DNA of 64,000 nt from Chlamydiales bacterium (GCA_965206695.1 CBDBKM010000011.1:352001-416000), one strand, 5' to 3'; counted from the stretch's first letter, positions 23,449 through 34,610 are shown. A program made the numbers and translations. Notes: generated by a model not told the origin, from the letters alone.

Positions 23449-25554
23449 TTAACTCTTAGTTGATTCCAGTTCACCCAGGAGATTCCGTATTATATCATTT
23501 AAAATATGAATCTCTTTTTCACACAGTTGATATTCTTTGACAATACTAGATAAATCTTGTTCTAAAGCCCCCGCCATCAAGTTATTTTCATTTAAATCCT
23601 CTTCTCGTAACTTATTCAACTCAATGTATCTTCCTTCTTCATTAAAAAGTTCTTGCTTCGCTTTATCAAGCATCTCCGATTTATCCTGAAATTGTTGTCG
23701 TAATTGTTTATATAGCGATTTTGTTTGATGAAGATTTTTCATCTCTTTAACAATATCCGGAGGAAGATTCTTTAGATTTTTTTGATTCATTTTTTCTTCC
23801 CCGTTTAACAGGCCTCTTACTTCAAATAGCCAATACTTATTCTGCTCAGGATCCGTCGTAACTATATCTTCTTTAGAAATAGTGTCTGTCTTTTGGCTTG
23901 CCTCAGCTTCCGGCTGTTTGATTAATGCTTTATGATCTTGTTTTAATTGAAAAAAATTAATCCGAGTATCATTTATATGTGCTCTTAAATTAGCGTGTTC
24001 AGTGAAGGCTTCATCAAGTTCTTTTTCAAGGTTCTCGATCTTTTCAGTGGCGATACTTTGCGATTGTTGTTGCAATAGTGTTAGGGATGCAAGTGCCTTT
24101 TCTTTGTCTTTTATAAGCTTCTGATGAGTGAATAATTCCTCTGTTTGACGCTGCAGCTGCATTTCTTTTTGCTTTAACTGCTTGGCCATTTTATCAATAT
24201 ATTCTTGCCACTCTTGCTCCTTAGCATTATGAGTGCTTCCTAAAATTTCATTTTGTTTTTCGAATTCTGTTAAACGATTTTTGTATTCTTCAAGCCGGGC
24301 TTGTGTCTGATTTATTATATTTATTTTTTTAGTGAGTTCAGCATTCTGATCATTCAGATTTTCTTCTCTTTGTTTGATAAGGTGATTTAAATGAGCTTTC
24401 TTGTCATGCCATTCAGAATGCGCGTCATTAAATTTTACTTCCAATTGTTTTAACGTATTAACTTTTTCTTCCAAAGAATGAGTACAACTATTTAACGAGT
24501 GAGTAAGATTTCCGATATTTTGATTTAACGATTGAATCGTTTCATCATTTTGAAGCAAGACTTGATCTTTATGTTTAACCTCTTGATCAGCTTCAGCCAA
24601 CTTGGCGTTTAATGATTCAATTTGAGTTCTTAAGCCTTCTGTAAAAAGTCCTCTTTCTAAGATTTCTTCTTTAAGAGTAGAAGCATGCTTTGATTTCTTA
24701 GATAAAGAACTTTTTAAGTCTTCAATATCTATACGGTATGACTCAATTTCTTTGATCTCAGTACCTCTTTTGTCTTTAACTTCTTTGAAAGCTTTTTGAA
24801 GCGTTGCAATTTCATTACTTTTACACCCAAGATGCTGTTTAAAGTCTTCTATTTCTTTTGTCAGGCAATTCACTCTCTCATCATTACTGATTTCAGAAAG
24901 GGCTTTTAAGCGCTGTATGCTTTCTTGAGACTCGGCTAATTCCACCTCCATTTGTGAAATTTTACGTGTTTTTTGAAACGCCTCTTCTAAAAGATCCTTT
25001 TTATTTTCCTGTAAATGCTGAGCTTCTTGCTGCAGAATATTTAATAGGGCATTCAAATTACTCAATTCATGAGCCTGCATAGTAGAAATATCCGTTTTTT
25101 GCTTTAAATCTAATTGCAATGAAGCGTGTTGTTTCTCCCATTCTTCCTGAGCCTTCTTAAATTTCTTATCCAACATAAGTAAATTTTCCATTCTACTTTG
25201 TGACTCTAACTCTAAGGAGTTGACTAATTCAGATGTTTCTTTAAATGAGAGGGCTGTAATAACAAGTCCTAATATGACTGTTAGTGCTATTCCTATTTGC
25301 CACAAGCGATCTTCCATAGAGAACGAACTATAAAAAAGCAAAAATAACACAACTAAAAAAGCTAATGTTCCAAAGAAACCCTTTAACCCCCATCGCCAGC
25401 AAAAGGGAATACCGAAAAAAACCACTACAACCAAGTACCAACTCTGAGAAGAACATTTAATCAGTGTAGTAAAAAGTGTGAGCAATAGAACGAAGGGCCC
25501 TAATGCACTCCAAAATTGCACTCTATTCTCTAATGATTTTTTTATTATTTCCAC
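23449..25554 (-). CDS. Membrane-anchored long coiled-coil protein
   Basis: About four N-terminal TM segments, then roughly 600 aa of heptad-rich E/K/Q/L sequence. Confidence 0.8.
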   Translation of the reverse strand: MEIIKKSLENRVQFWSALGPFVLLLTLFTTLIKCSSQSWYLVVVVFFGIPFCWRWGLKGFFGTLAFLVVLFLLFYSSFSMEDRLWQIGIALTVILGLVITALSFKETSELVNSLELESQSRMENLLMLDKKFKKAQEEWEKQHASLQLDLKQKTDISTMQAHELSNLNALLNILQQEAQHLQENKKDLLEEAFQKTRKISQMEVELAESQESIQRLKALSEISNDERVNCLTKEIEDFKQHLGCKSNEIATLQKAFKEVKDKRGTEIKEIESYRIDIEDLKSSLSKKSKHASTLKEEILERGLFTEGLRTQIESLNAKLAEADQEVKHKDQVLLQNDETIQSLNQNIGNLTHSLNSCTHSLEEKVNTLKQLEVKFNDAHSEWHDKKAHLNHLIKQREENLNDQNAELTKKINIINQTQARLEEYKNRLTEFEKQNEILGSTHNAKEQEWQEYIDKMAKQLKQKEMQLQRQTEELFTHQKLIKDKEKALASLTLLQQQSQSIATEKIENLEKELDEAFTEHANLRAHINDTRINFFQLKQDHKALIKQPEAEASQKTDTISKEDIVTTDPEQNKYWLFEVRGLLNGEEKMNQKNLKNLPPDIVKEMKNLHQTKSLYKQLRQQFQDKSEMLDKAKQELFNEEGRYIELNKLREEDLNENNLMAGALEQDLSSIVKEYQLCEKEIHILNDIIRNLLGELESTKS

Positions 25555-25962
25555 AACACCCCACCGTTTATGAATATTTTTACTATTATTCGTGTAAAAT
25601 AACAGGCATTTACAAATTGCTCAATCTCTTAATATCAAGTTTTAATTGTTTTGTAAAAAAAGATTGATTTTGCCTCCTCACACAAGAGAAGAAGAGTCAA
25701 AAATATACTTTTACTTTAGATGTAAATTCTTTTTATAGAAGCATTCTCTTATTAAATAAACAAATAAATCCAATAAAGGATTCTTTGAAAAATTTTATAC
25801 TAATTATGGAAGTCATTTCCTATGATTTAATGTACCATGAACGATACAAGAATTGATATAATATCGCCATTTTGATATAATTGTTTAAAGATAAGGTTGT
25901 CTAATTCCTTCATTTACCTATAAATGTCTATATATATAAACTTTAACGGAGAAATTTTATAA

Positions 25963-26232
25963 ATGTCTTTAGATAAAAGTACTAAGGAAGAAATTACCAA
26001 AAAATTTCAACTACATGAAAAGGATACCGGTTCTGCCGACGTTCAGATTGCAATTTTAACAGAAAGAATAGCAGAAGTCACTGAACATCTTAAGTTAGCT
26101 CCTAAAGATCATAGTTCGCGTCTTGCACTACTTAAGCTAGTCGGACAACGTCGTAAATTGCTCGATTATTTAAATTCAACTGATACAAAAAGGTACCAAC
26201 ATTTAATTTCAAGGCTTAAGTTAAGAAAATAG
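25963..26232 (+). CDS. rpsO: 30S ribosomal protein S15
   Basis: [29 protein letters not shown]. Confidence 0.98.
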   Translation: MSLDKSTKEEITKKFQLHEKDTGSADVQIAILTERIAEVTEHLKLAPKDHSSRLALLKLVGQRRKLLDYLNSTDTKRYQHLISRLKLRK

Positions 26233-26313
26233 TAATTTTTTGAAAAATCAACTTACGTTCCTAACTCATAATTTTACAGTTTTACTTATCAATAAATTCC
26301 GGTCCTGTCATTA

Positions 26314-26341
26314 TAGGCCAGTATTTTAAAATACTGGCCTA
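26314..26341. repeat. Perfect 28-bp palindrome in rpsO-pnp spacer
   Basis: TAGGCCAGTATTTTAAAATACTGGCCTA. Confidence 0.85.
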
Positions 26342-26400
26342 ATATTTTGGATAATGAATCAAAGTTACTTGATTATCCATGCCAAGACTTTTCCGGCTGT

Positions 26401-26456
26401 TATAAAAGACAGTGTATAGCTTTTGAGTTATTAAAAGCTATACACTGTCTTTTATA
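26401..26456 (+). promoter_or_regulatory. 24-bp perfect stem-loop in pnp leader (candidate RNase III site)
   Basis: TATAAAAGACAGTGTATAGCTTTT-GAGTTATT-AAAAGCTATACACTGTCTTTTATA. Confidence 0.6.
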
Positions 26457-26509
26457 CAGTGCTAAGGTTTTTTTATTAAAAAATTATGACTATAAGGACA
26501 ATAACAATA

Positions 26510-28594
26510 ATGGATTTGCAAACGACCTCTGTCAATGTAGGTGGAAAAGACCTAATTTTTGAAACCGGTAAGATCGCTAAGCAAGCTAACGGTTCTGTTT
26601 ATATACGTATAGAAGACACTGTGCTTTTTGCTTCTGCTTGTGCTAAAGACGAAGCGAGTGCAGAAATAGATTTCTTCCCTCTACGTATTGATTATCAAGA
26701 AAAATTTTCTTCCGCAGGAAAAACTTTAAGTGGTTTTATCAAACGAGAAGGTAGACCGGCAGAAAGAGAGACTCTTCTTTGTCGACTTATTGATCGACCT
26801 CTAAGACCTTTATTTCCATCCGGATATTATAATGAAGTACAAGTAGTGGTAAGTGTATGGTCCTATGATGGCGTTAACGCTCCGGATCCACACGCTATTT
26901 GTGCTGCTTCAGCAGCTCTTTTAATTTCCGATATCCCTTTTACTAAGGCCGTCGGAGCTGTAAGAGTCAGTTTTATTGATGATAAATTTGTCATCAATGC
27001 TTCTGTTGAAGAACATGCTAAGTCTAAAATGGACCTTCTATTAGCAGGAACAGAAGATGCTATTCTAATGATTGAAGGTTATTGTGATTTCTTAACAGAA
27101 GACCAAGTTTTAGAAGCTATTGAAACAGGTCATAAATCAATACAAGTTATCTGTAGAGCATTAACAGAATGGCAGCAAAAGATTGGTAAGGAAAAGAAAA
27201 CCGATACCATTCAACCTATTCCCGATAAGTTAATGGAAGCCATTCAAGAGCATAGCCGGTCTCTCTTAAAAAATGTTATTGCCTTACCCGGAAAGTTCGA
27301 GCGTGAACAGGCTATTAAAACTATCAAAGAATCTCTTTTTGAACAACTCCTTTTAGGAGAAGAAGAATCGGAATTTTCAAAACGCGATGCTACATTGGCA
27401 TTTAAAAAATTCACTTCTCAAGTAATGAGAGAGATGATTCTAACTCAAAATGTAAGACCTGACGGTCGTAAACCTACTGATATTCGTAAGATATCTATCG
27501 AACAGTCGTTACTTCCCAGAACTCATGGTAGTTCTTTATTCACTAGAGGAGAGACTCAAGCTGTAGCAGTATGTACGATTGGCAGTTCCAGTATGGGACA
27601 GCGATATGAGACGATTAAAGAAGCTGACTTACAACGTTTCTATCTTCAATATTTCTTCCCCCCTTATTCGGTTGGAGAAGTTAATCGTATGGGTCCTCCT
27701 AACCGTCGTGAAGTTGGACATGGAAAACTTGCAGAAAGATCTTTATTACCAACCATCCCAACAGAAGAAGAATTTCCATATTCGATTCGATTAGAATCTA
27801 ATATTACCGAATCTAACGGATCTTCTTCAATGGCATCTGTCTGTGGTGGCTGTTTAGCTCTTATGGATTCAGGGGTTCCGGTTAAAACACCTATTTCAGG
27901 TATTGCAATGGGATTAATATTAGAAAAAGAAAATTTCACCGTTCTATCTGATATTAGCGGAACCGAAGATTCTTTAGGCGATATGGATTTTAAAATCGCC
28001 GGAAGTGGCGAGGGTATTACTGCTTTTCAAATGGACATCAAAGTAGAGGGTATAACCCATGATATTATGAAAAAAGCTCTTTATCAAGCTAAAGAAGGAA
28101 GAATCCATATTTTATCCAACATGATTGAAGTCTGTCCAACTCATAAAACAGAGTTATCTAAATACGCTCCACGTATGGTGACTATCCAAGTAAAAGCCGG
28201 TAAGATCGCGACTATTATCGGGCCCGGAGGAAAACAAATCCGAGCTATTATCGAACAAACAGGTGTTGAAATCGATATTAATGACGATGGTCTAGTGAGT
28301 ATTTCCGGTACTGATCCTGAAGGTGTAGAAAAAGCCACTCAGATCGTAAACGGATTAATTGCCGAAGCTAAGGTTGGTAAAAGCTATAGTAGTAAGGTCG
28401 TTTCAATCGTAGATTTTGGTATATTCATTGAAATCCTTCCCGGCAAGCAAGGGCTTTGCCATATATCAGAAATTGCTAATGAACGCGTTACGGATATCAG
28501 AGAATACTTCAAAGAAGGTGATACTATTGAAGTTAAAGTTATCGATATCAACGATCGCGGTCAGATTAAACTGAGCCATAAGGCTACTCTGTAA
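26510..28594 (+). CDS. pnp: Polyribonucleotide nucleotidyltransferase (alternative start 26486)
   Basis: ETGKIAKQANG, RLIDRPLRP, HGSSLFTRGETQ, SNGSSSMAS, GDMDFK, KH and S1. Confidence 0.98.
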   Translation: MDLQTTSVNVGGKDLIFETGKIAKQANGSVYIRIEDTVLFASACAKDEASAEIDFFPLRIDYQEKFSSAGKTLSGFIKREGRPAERETLLCRLIDRPLRPLFPSGYYNEVQVVVSVWSYDGVNAPDPHAICAASAALLISDIPFTKAVGAVRVSFIDDKFVINASVEEHAKSKMDLLLAGTEDAILMIEGYCDFLTEDQVLEAIETGHKSIQVICRALTEWQQKIGKEKKTDTIQPIPDKLMEAIQEHSRSLLKNVIALPGKFEREQAIKTIKESLFEQLLLGEEESEFSKRDATLAFKKFTSQVMREMILTQNVRPDGRKPTDIRKISIEQSLLPRTHGSSLFTRGETQAVAVCTIGSSSMGQRYETIKEADLQRFYLQYFFPPYSVGEVNRMGPPNRREVGHGKLAERSLLPTIPTEEEFPYSIRLESNITESNGSSSMASVCGGCLALMDSGVPVKTPISGIAMGLILEKENFTVLSDISGTEDSLGDMDFKIAGSGEGITAFQMDIKVEGITHDIMKKALYQAKEGRIHILSNMIEVCPTHKTELSKYAPRMVTIQVKAGKIATIIGPGGKQIRAIIEQTGVEIDINDDGLVSISGTDPEGVEKATQIVNGLIAEAKVGKSYSSKVVSIVDFGIFIEILPGKQGLCHISEIANERVTDIREYFKEGDTIEVKVIDINDRGQIKLSHKATL

Positions 28595-28604
28595 TTCATT
28601 CAAT

Positions 28605-28636
28605 AAAAAGGCTTGAATCTTGCATTCGAGCCTTTT
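28605..28636 (+). terminator. Rho-independent terminator of pnp
   Basis: AAAAAGGCTTGAAT-CTTGC-ATTCGAGCCTTTT followed by T-rich run. Confidence 0.8.
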
Positions 28637-28779
28637 CCTTTTCTCTTTAATCCACTAAATAGGATTAAGCAACATCTTTTCTGTAAACGCTAAGATCTTT
28701 TTCTCCTTATTGTTTTTGTTTATAAATTTTTCACCTTTTTCTATTCCAACCAACTCTCTTATTTTTATAAACACTTCTC

Positions 28780-28833
28780 GGTTTGTGTCAAGGCAAGCTA
28801 ACGCTCGTTAAACACTCGACCTCGACACAAACC
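28780..28833. repeat. REP-like imperfect hairpin
   Basis: GGTTTGTGTCAAGG...CCTCGACACAAACC. Confidence 0.55.
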
Positions 28834-28887
28834 AACAGGGTATTTAACAGCAAATAAGGGCCGGTTTTTGGAAAAACATTCATATTA

Positions 28888-28945
28888 AGACCTCTGCATA
28901 ACTAATTTCTGATAATGATTTTTAAAAAGTTTGGATTATCTATAT
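28888..28945 (+). mobile_element. Single end of the AGACCTCTGCATAACT MITE/IS family
   Basis: Same TIR and subterminal sequence as 45825. Confidence 0.65.
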
Positions 28946-29352
28946 TAAAAATTCTATAAATAATCCGGTTGTCTTTTAAGTTAAATAAATAATATATTTT
29001 ATCACTTTGATAGGTTCAAAAGCATTCTAAATGCATGGGTAAGATCCGGCATCAAATGAGAAAAACAACAGTATTCTTGGCTACTGTTCATATTCACTGT
29101 ATTGCTCGGGAACTATTTTATGGCGATACTACCTCGTGTTTACTCGCCCCGCTTATCTCTTTTATCTTTGGGACAATCCGGCCTCTTACATAAGAATCAA
29201 CTACTCTCGTATCTATATTAGATACTATTTGATATCGAAATATTGGATCATTAGGATAAGGTTAAGCAAACGGTATTCCGCTACGTTCATCGTAATCTAC
29301 GAAATCAGGACCTAATACATGGGTTTGAATGTATTACCATATCATCTCCTTT

Positions 29353-30843
29353 TTAAATTAAATGTTTAAATGCTTCGTGGGCTAATGAAGCCACTCGAAA
29401 GGCTTCTGCAGCAATATCACTATTTACTTTGTATTCGCCTCCGGCTTTCATTTTTGTTAACCAGTCATTAGTTACGCCATCAGAAACTGTATCGGGATGA
29501 AGCACCTTCATCAGTTTTCTATAAGCTGAGTTTTCTTCTCTCCTAGTTGGGTTAATAGAAGATAAATTGAAGATCTGTTTTATAAGTTTTACTCCATTAG
29601 AACAGGAGATGTTCGGATTTTTACCGTTATCTTTTAGGTGTTTAATCGCATTAAAACCATCCCTATCATCGCAATAAGCTATTTTAGAGATGCTGTTATT
29701 CAATCCAAATCCCATTAAATCTAAAATTCTCTTAGCTTCTGAAACCCACTTGGGAGTACCTGTTTCAAATCTTGATACTGTATTTGGATTGGTATTATCA
29801 TCACATACGCCTTTAGTCCTTTGTATAGTATCCATAGAAGAACTACCGCCATAGAAGTCCCTATTACCGTTAAATTTCTTAAAAAATTCATCAAAGTTAA
29901 GAGGATCATCGTTAAATTTCTTAAAAAATTCATCAAAGTTAAGAGAATCATCGTCAAATTTCTTAAACAATTCATCAAAGTTAAGAGGATCATCGTTAAA
30001 TTTCTTAAAAAATTCATCAGAGTTAAAAAAAAAATCACCGGTGCTCAAATCACAATCCCATGAGGGAATAGGATCTTCATAAAGATTATAAAAATGGCTA
30101 GAGGAGAGGTACTCATTTCGTAGGAGGCGCCACTTTAGACAATTAATATCTGTAGGTTTTATAGAGCAATGCCAAGTCCAACTCGTACCATCATTTCGAT
30201 CTGTTGGCTTGAAAATATTATCATCCATTGTATCATAGGCGTTTAGACAAGCGGACCGATTTGCTTCAAATTCATTGCCAGCCGTTTTCCAAGCCTTTTT
30301 GGCTTTAACTAATTTATCTTTAACAGTACTTAATAAATCAGTACAATTCCATTCACTCGAACACTTATTTTTAATATGTCTATATTGGCAGCTTGCTCTA
30401 CCGGCTTTTCTCTTTAACGATTCAAGATTATCGCTTAATGTTTTTTTGTTTCGGATATGGATTTCACAGGTTGTGTAGTCGCTATCAAATTGTTTTTTAA
30501 TATTTTTATTAATCTGATTATATGCATAATAAGTTGCGTATCCCATGACAGCTGTGCTTATTCCATAGATTCCTGTATTTAATAAATGATATGCTCGATC
30601 ACTGAAGTTTGTAGAACCGAAAATAGATTTAGCAAGGTTAGTACAACGTCCATAAATTCCACTATCATCACCTTCCCAAACCTTTTGTAAATATTGATAC
30701 CGTTCCGCTAGAGTATTGGTTCCAAAAAGTCCTTGTGTACCCGACTTAAGAGTGTTATACCCCATAATTGGGGTTAAAATAGCAGCGGCCCCCAACATAC
30801 TCTGATATCCGAGCTTTCTATAGAAATAATCTTTTGTTGACAT
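29353..30843 (-). CDS. Hypothetical membrane-associated protein with 14-aa repeats and C-terminal J-domain-like region
   Basis: Two N-terminal hydrophobic segments; AYRKLMKVLHPD...AAEAFRVASLAHEAF. Confidence 0.75.
   Translation of the reverse strand: MSTKDYFYRKLGYQSMLGAAAILTPIMGYNTLKSGTQGLFGTNTLAERYQYLQKVWEGDDSGIYGRCTNLAKSIFGSTNFSDRAYHLLNTGIYGISTAVMGYATYYAYNQINKNIKKQFDSDYTTCEIHIRNKKTLSDNLESLKRKAGRASCQYRHIKNKCSSEWNCTDLLSTVKDKLVKAKKAWKTAGNEFEANRSACLNAYDTMDDNIFKPTDRNDGTSWTWHCSIKPTDINCLKWRLLRNEYLSSSHFYNLYEDPIPSWDCDLSTGDFFFNSDEFFKKFNDDPLNFDELFKKFDDDSLNFDEFFKKFNDDPLNFDEFFKKFNGNRDFYGGSSSMDTIQRTKGVCDDNTNPNTVSRFETGTPKWVSEAKRILDLMGFGLNNSISKIAYCDDRDGFNAIKHLKDNGKNPNISCSNGVKLIKQIFNLSSINPTRREENSAYRKLMKVLHPDTVSDGVTNDWLTKMKAGGEYKVNSDIAAEAFRVASLAHEAFKHLI
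29868..30019. repeat. 42-bp tandem repeat, about 3.6 copies (DEFFKKFNDDPLNF)
   Basis: CGTTAAATTTCTTAAAAAATTCATCAAAGTTAAGAGGATCAT units starting 29868, 29910, 29952, 29994. Confidence 0.95.
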
Positions 30844-31152
30844 TATAAAATCCGGTTAAATCTAGTTCATAATTAATAAATAACATAACTCAACAGGTGA
30901 ATATATTACAAGTGAGTTTATTACAATATAAAACAGTTTTTTTGATTTTTTTATCATTAAAATAGCGCATTAAAAATCCTTTTTAGCCTGCATTATTACA
31001 AGAAAAATATAGTTTCTAAAAACTAAAGATTAGGATTTTTATTTAATAGATATGCGTTTTATTATAAACTATTTATGCAGGCATTTAAATGCTGCGTATT
31101 GCAAAATACTAATTTACAACAATTTAAAAAACCAGCACTTTAAAATATAATA

Positions 31153-31181
31153 TTGACAAAAAATAAAGAATTTGCTATAAT
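31153..31181 (+). promoter_or_regulatory. Perfect consensus sigma70/sigma66 promoter with extended -10
   Basis: TTGACA-17 bp-TATAAT with TGn and AT-rich upstream. Confidence 0.85.
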
Positions 31182-31237
31182 TAATGTTGAAATTATAATA
31201 TGTAACTATAACTAATACTATTTCTTAAGGTAAGATA

Positions 31238-31510
31238 ATGTCATCTAAATTAACAACGTCGAATCCTGATCTTACTTATCGTATTCCTCGTTATAATAAT
31301 ACGGTAGTAGATAATCGTAAAAATGGTCCAACCGGTGCCGGGAGATCCGATAATCCCATGATTGAAAATAAGGCTGAAAACAATAGTGAACCGAAAAAGA
31401 ATATCGATTATCCGGAAATTAGACAAAACTTAACTAGAGGAAGCGCCCGTACAAGAAGAGCCGGCTCAAGAATTGGTCCTCGTTATGACGCCGGCACCCA
31501 AAGAGCCTAA
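31238..31510 (+). CDS. Small hydrophilic hypothetical protein, 90 aa
   Basis: Consensus promoter, TAAGG RBS, downstream hairpin 31545-31588. Confidence 0.7.
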   Translation: MSSKLTTSNPDLTYRIPRYNNTVVDNRKNGPTGAGRSDNPMIENKAENNSEPKKNIDYPEIRQNLTRGSARTRRAGSRIGPRYDAGTQRA

Positions 31511-31544
31511 GCCTTCACTCAAAATCAATAAATAACATCATCGG

Positions 31545-31588
31545 ATAAGCAGCTTAATTTGTATCAATTAAGCTAGTATGCGCTTATC
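31545..31588. terminator. Hairpin between convergent small ORF and ftsH
   Basis: GATAAGC-AGCTTAATT-TGTATC-AATTAAGCT-...-GCTTATC. Confidence 0.55.
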
Positions 31589-31603
31589 TCAATCATAAAT
31601 AGA

Positions 31604-34345
31604 TTATTCCGGTGTAACCACTGCTAAGTTTTTACCTATCGGGAAAGGTGGTGGTGGTGGTTGAGAAGGATCTTGCTTCTGCATCTCTTCTTCTGATTTA
31701 AGCTTACCCTTCTTCTCTTCAGTATCCCAAGTATCATTTAGAATCTTTTTAACATCCTCAGCATCTAACGACTCAAATTCTATCAGCATTTCAGACATTA
31801 AATGGACCTGTTTTTCGTGAGCTTTAATGATTGCAGTCGCGTTACGATGTGCTTCATCTAGAAGTTTACGCACTTCTTCATCGATCGTTTGAGCTGTAGC
31901 TTCAGAATATTTCTTATCAGAACCACTCATGCCATACATGGCACCTTGCCCTGATTGATCATCATAAGTAACTGTTCCAAGAAGTTCATTCATCCCCCAT
32001 TCGCAAATCATGTTTCTAGCCAGATTAGTTGCTTGTTCGATATCATTTTTGGCTCCACTAGACATATCACCAATAAAAATTTCTTCAGCCACTCTACCAC
32101 CTAACAAAACGGCTAGTTGATCATAAAGCTCTTTACGCCACCAACCTAAACGATTTTTCTCAGGTAGAAAATGAGTAGCTCCCAGTGAAAAGCCTCTAGG
32201 AATAATGGTCACCTTTTCAACAGGATCTGAATGTTTAACAACTAAAGCAACAACAGCATGACCGGATTCATGATAGGCTGTCGTTCTTTTCTCCTCTTCA
32301 GAAATCTCCAAACTACGTCTTTCCTTACCAAAACGCACCTTGTCACTTGCTTCTTTTGTATCTTGCATAGTAACAGCCGTACGGCCTTTTCGAGCCGCAA
32401 TAAGGGCTGCTTCATTAAGCAAATTATCTAAGTCTGCTCCGGAACCACCGGCAGTGCCTCTGGCAATAGCCATTAGATCGACAGAAGGGTCTAATTTAAT
32501 TTTACGAGCATGAACTTTTAAAATACCATAGCGGCCTTTTAAATCAGGAAGATCAATGACTATTCTTCTATCGAAACGGCCCGGTCTTAATAGCGCTTTA
32601 TCTAAAACATCAGGGCGGTTAGTGGCAGCAATTAAAATAACCCCTTCATTGGAGTCAAAGCCATCCATCTCCACAAGTAATTGGTTTAAAGTTTGCTCTC
32701 TTTCATCATGACCACCACCAATACCGGCACCACGATGTCTCCCTACAGCATCAATCTCATCAATAAAGATAATGCAAGGCGCTTGTTTTTTAGCCTGGTC
32801 AAATAGATCTCTAATTCGACTCGCTCCAACTCCCACAAACATCTCAACAAAATCAGAACCTGAAATTGAAAAGAAGGGTCTATCAGCTTCACCTGCAACA
32901 GCTTTAGCTATTAAGGTCTTACCTGTTCCCGGAGGACCGACACAAAGAACCCCTTTAGGAATACGACCACCCAAAGCGGTAAATTTAGTAGGATTTTTTA
33001 AGAAGTCTACAATTTCCTCTAATTCTTCAACTGCTTCATCAATACCGGCCACATCTTTGAAAGTAATCTGATTTGTCGCTTTATTTAACAATTTAGCAGG
33101 AGATTTGCCAAAATTCATAGTACCTGAGCCCATGCCCCCTTTCATTTGACGAGAAAAAATTAAATAAAGTAATAAAACAACTAAGACGACAGGAAGAATA
33201 CTGAAGAGATATCCAAAATAGTTAGGAGAAGGCTCTTCACTCTTAAATTTTCTTTCTAATACAGTATTTCGTGGTTGATCAGGAGCTTTGAATACTGCCC
33301 CTTTATTATTGGAGAAGTTTTTCCATTCCTGCTTAGCATTTGCAAACCAATGGTTAAAAACTTCAGGGTCTTGCTTTTCTAATGATCTTGTTGATAATTC
33401 CTTGTTATTGAAGAACCAAATGACATTAGCAACACTTTCTCTGATTTTATCCATCGACAGCCGGTTTTCATCAAGCTTGGATGTAACAATATTATACTGA
33501 TCGATATCATTTCGATAGGCTCTTAGGCTGCGCAATTGAATTAAGCGCATATGAGCATCCATGTGATTGAGTTCGCCGGTAATTGCTTGAAGCTCCTTTA
33601 CTATCGTGTCATAGATAGCCAATTTTTCAACGGGATTTTTATCAGATGTATTCGTCTCGTTTAACTGTTGATTTAAATGGGTTAGCTTCTGCTTCATCGA
33701 TTCACTACCAATTCCCAAAAGTGGAGAGCGATAATTTTGAATCAGACCATTTAAATCAGTACCAAACGAAGCAACCGAAGCTTCTACCGGTTTTGAATTT
33801 AAAGATGCGAGTCGAGATTCTAAGCTTTTAATACTAATGACTTCACGATCAGATAATTTTTTGATAATAATACGATTATTCCTTTCGGGAGTATCGTATA
33901 TCCCACCTATAACAGTATAGCCGGAAGCCGGGATAGCAATAGCACTTAAATGCAGAAACCAATCAGCTGCATCTTTAACTCGCTTATCTTGAACAACTAA
34001 TTCTTGTTGAAGTTGATCTTTAGATCGCGCCAACTCATGATTTTTATTTAAAAGTTCCAGAAATTGAAACCTTTTTTTCCCTTCATCAGTCTCAGCATTT
34101 CGGAAACGCCCACTAAAACTAACTAAATTATCATTCAGAGCTGTTTTCCTATTCTCATCCTCTTGGACCAGATCAAGATTCACCAAATGTTCAAGCTGAT
34201 GGCTGAAAGATACTTTCCCCATCTTTTGATTAGTGAAGTTCTGGACTAAAAATACAATTAGTACTGCTGCTAAAAGAAACAGGAAGAAACTTCCGGGGAA
34301 ACCTTTTTTAGGCGTATTGGATTTAAATTTATTATCATCAGCCAT
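31604..34345 (-). CDS. ftsH: ATP-dependent zinc metalloprotease FtsH with large periplasmic domain
   Basis: [32 protein letters not shown]. Confidence 0.98.
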   Translation of the reverse strand: MADDNKFKSNTPKKGFPGSFFLFLLAAVLIVFLVQNFTNQKMGKVSFSHQLEHLVNLDLVQEDENRKTALNDNLVSFSGRFRNAETDEGKKRFQFLELLNKNHELARSKDQLQQELVVQDKRVKDAADWFLHLSAIAIPASGYTVIGGIYDTPERNNRIIIKKLSDREVISIKSLESRLASLNSKPVEASVASFGTDLNGLIQNYRSPLLGIGSESMKQKLTHLNQQLNETNTSDKNPVEKLAIYDTIVKELQAITGELNHMDAHMRLIQLRSLRAYRNDIDQYNIVTSKLDENRLSMDKIRESVANVIWFFNNKELSTRSLEKQDPEVFNHWFANAKQEWKNFSNNKGAVFKAPDQPRNTVLERKFKSEEPSPNYFGYLFSILPVVLVVLLLYLIFSRQMKGGMGSGTMNFGKSPAKLLNKATNQITFKDVAGIDEAVEELEEIVDFLKNPTKFTALGGRIPKGVLCVGPPGTGKTLIAKAVAGEADRPFFSISGSDFVEMFVGVGASRIRDLFDQAKKQAPCIIFIDEIDAVGRHRGAGIGGGHDEREQTLNQLLVEMDGFDSNEGVILIAATNRPDVLDKALLRPGRFDRRIVIDLPDLKGRYGILKVHARKIKLDPSVDLMAIARGTAGGSGADLDNLLNEAALIAARKGRTAVTMQDTKEASDKVRFGKERRSLEISEEEKRTTAYHESGHAVVALVVKHSDPVEKVTIIPRGFSLGATHFLPEKNRLGWWRKELYDQLAVLLGGRVAEEIFIGDMSSGAKNDIEQATNLARNMICEWGMNELLGTVTYDDQSGQGAMYGMSGSDKKYSEATAQTIDEEVRKLLDEAHRNATAIIKAHEKQVHLMSEMLIEFESLDAEDVKKILNDTWDTEEKKGKLKSEEEMQKQDPSQPPPPPFPIGKNLAVVTPE

Positions 34346-34610
34346 AGTTTATGCGCATCCACTTAAATATTTGGTTGTTATAGAAATAACCGTTTAATGA
34401 TTTGATCCCTTCTTCTTTGTTGCTATCTTCCAAATAATCATTATAGTCAAGCTTGTAAGCACTTTTTTGATTAAATAAGCAGCTTTAAAAAAAAGACCGT
34501 TTGAACTATTCATAAATAGTAAATAAAGAATTTATTGTTGTTCCGGGCTATCATGCATGTACATGACATTATGTCAGATTAATTAATTCATTTTCAACAA
34601 CTTCTTTGCT

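Noticed and set aside
26347..26562. 71-aa ORF upstream of pnp
   Set aside because: Runs through the hairpin and overlaps pnp out of frame
29868..30019. Regular repeats resembling a CRISPR array
   Set aside because: Head-to-tail 42-bp units with no spacers, in frame in a CDS; no cas genes in the window
31604..34345. Unusually long FtsH
   Set aside because: A large periplasmic insertion is normal for chlamydial FtsH
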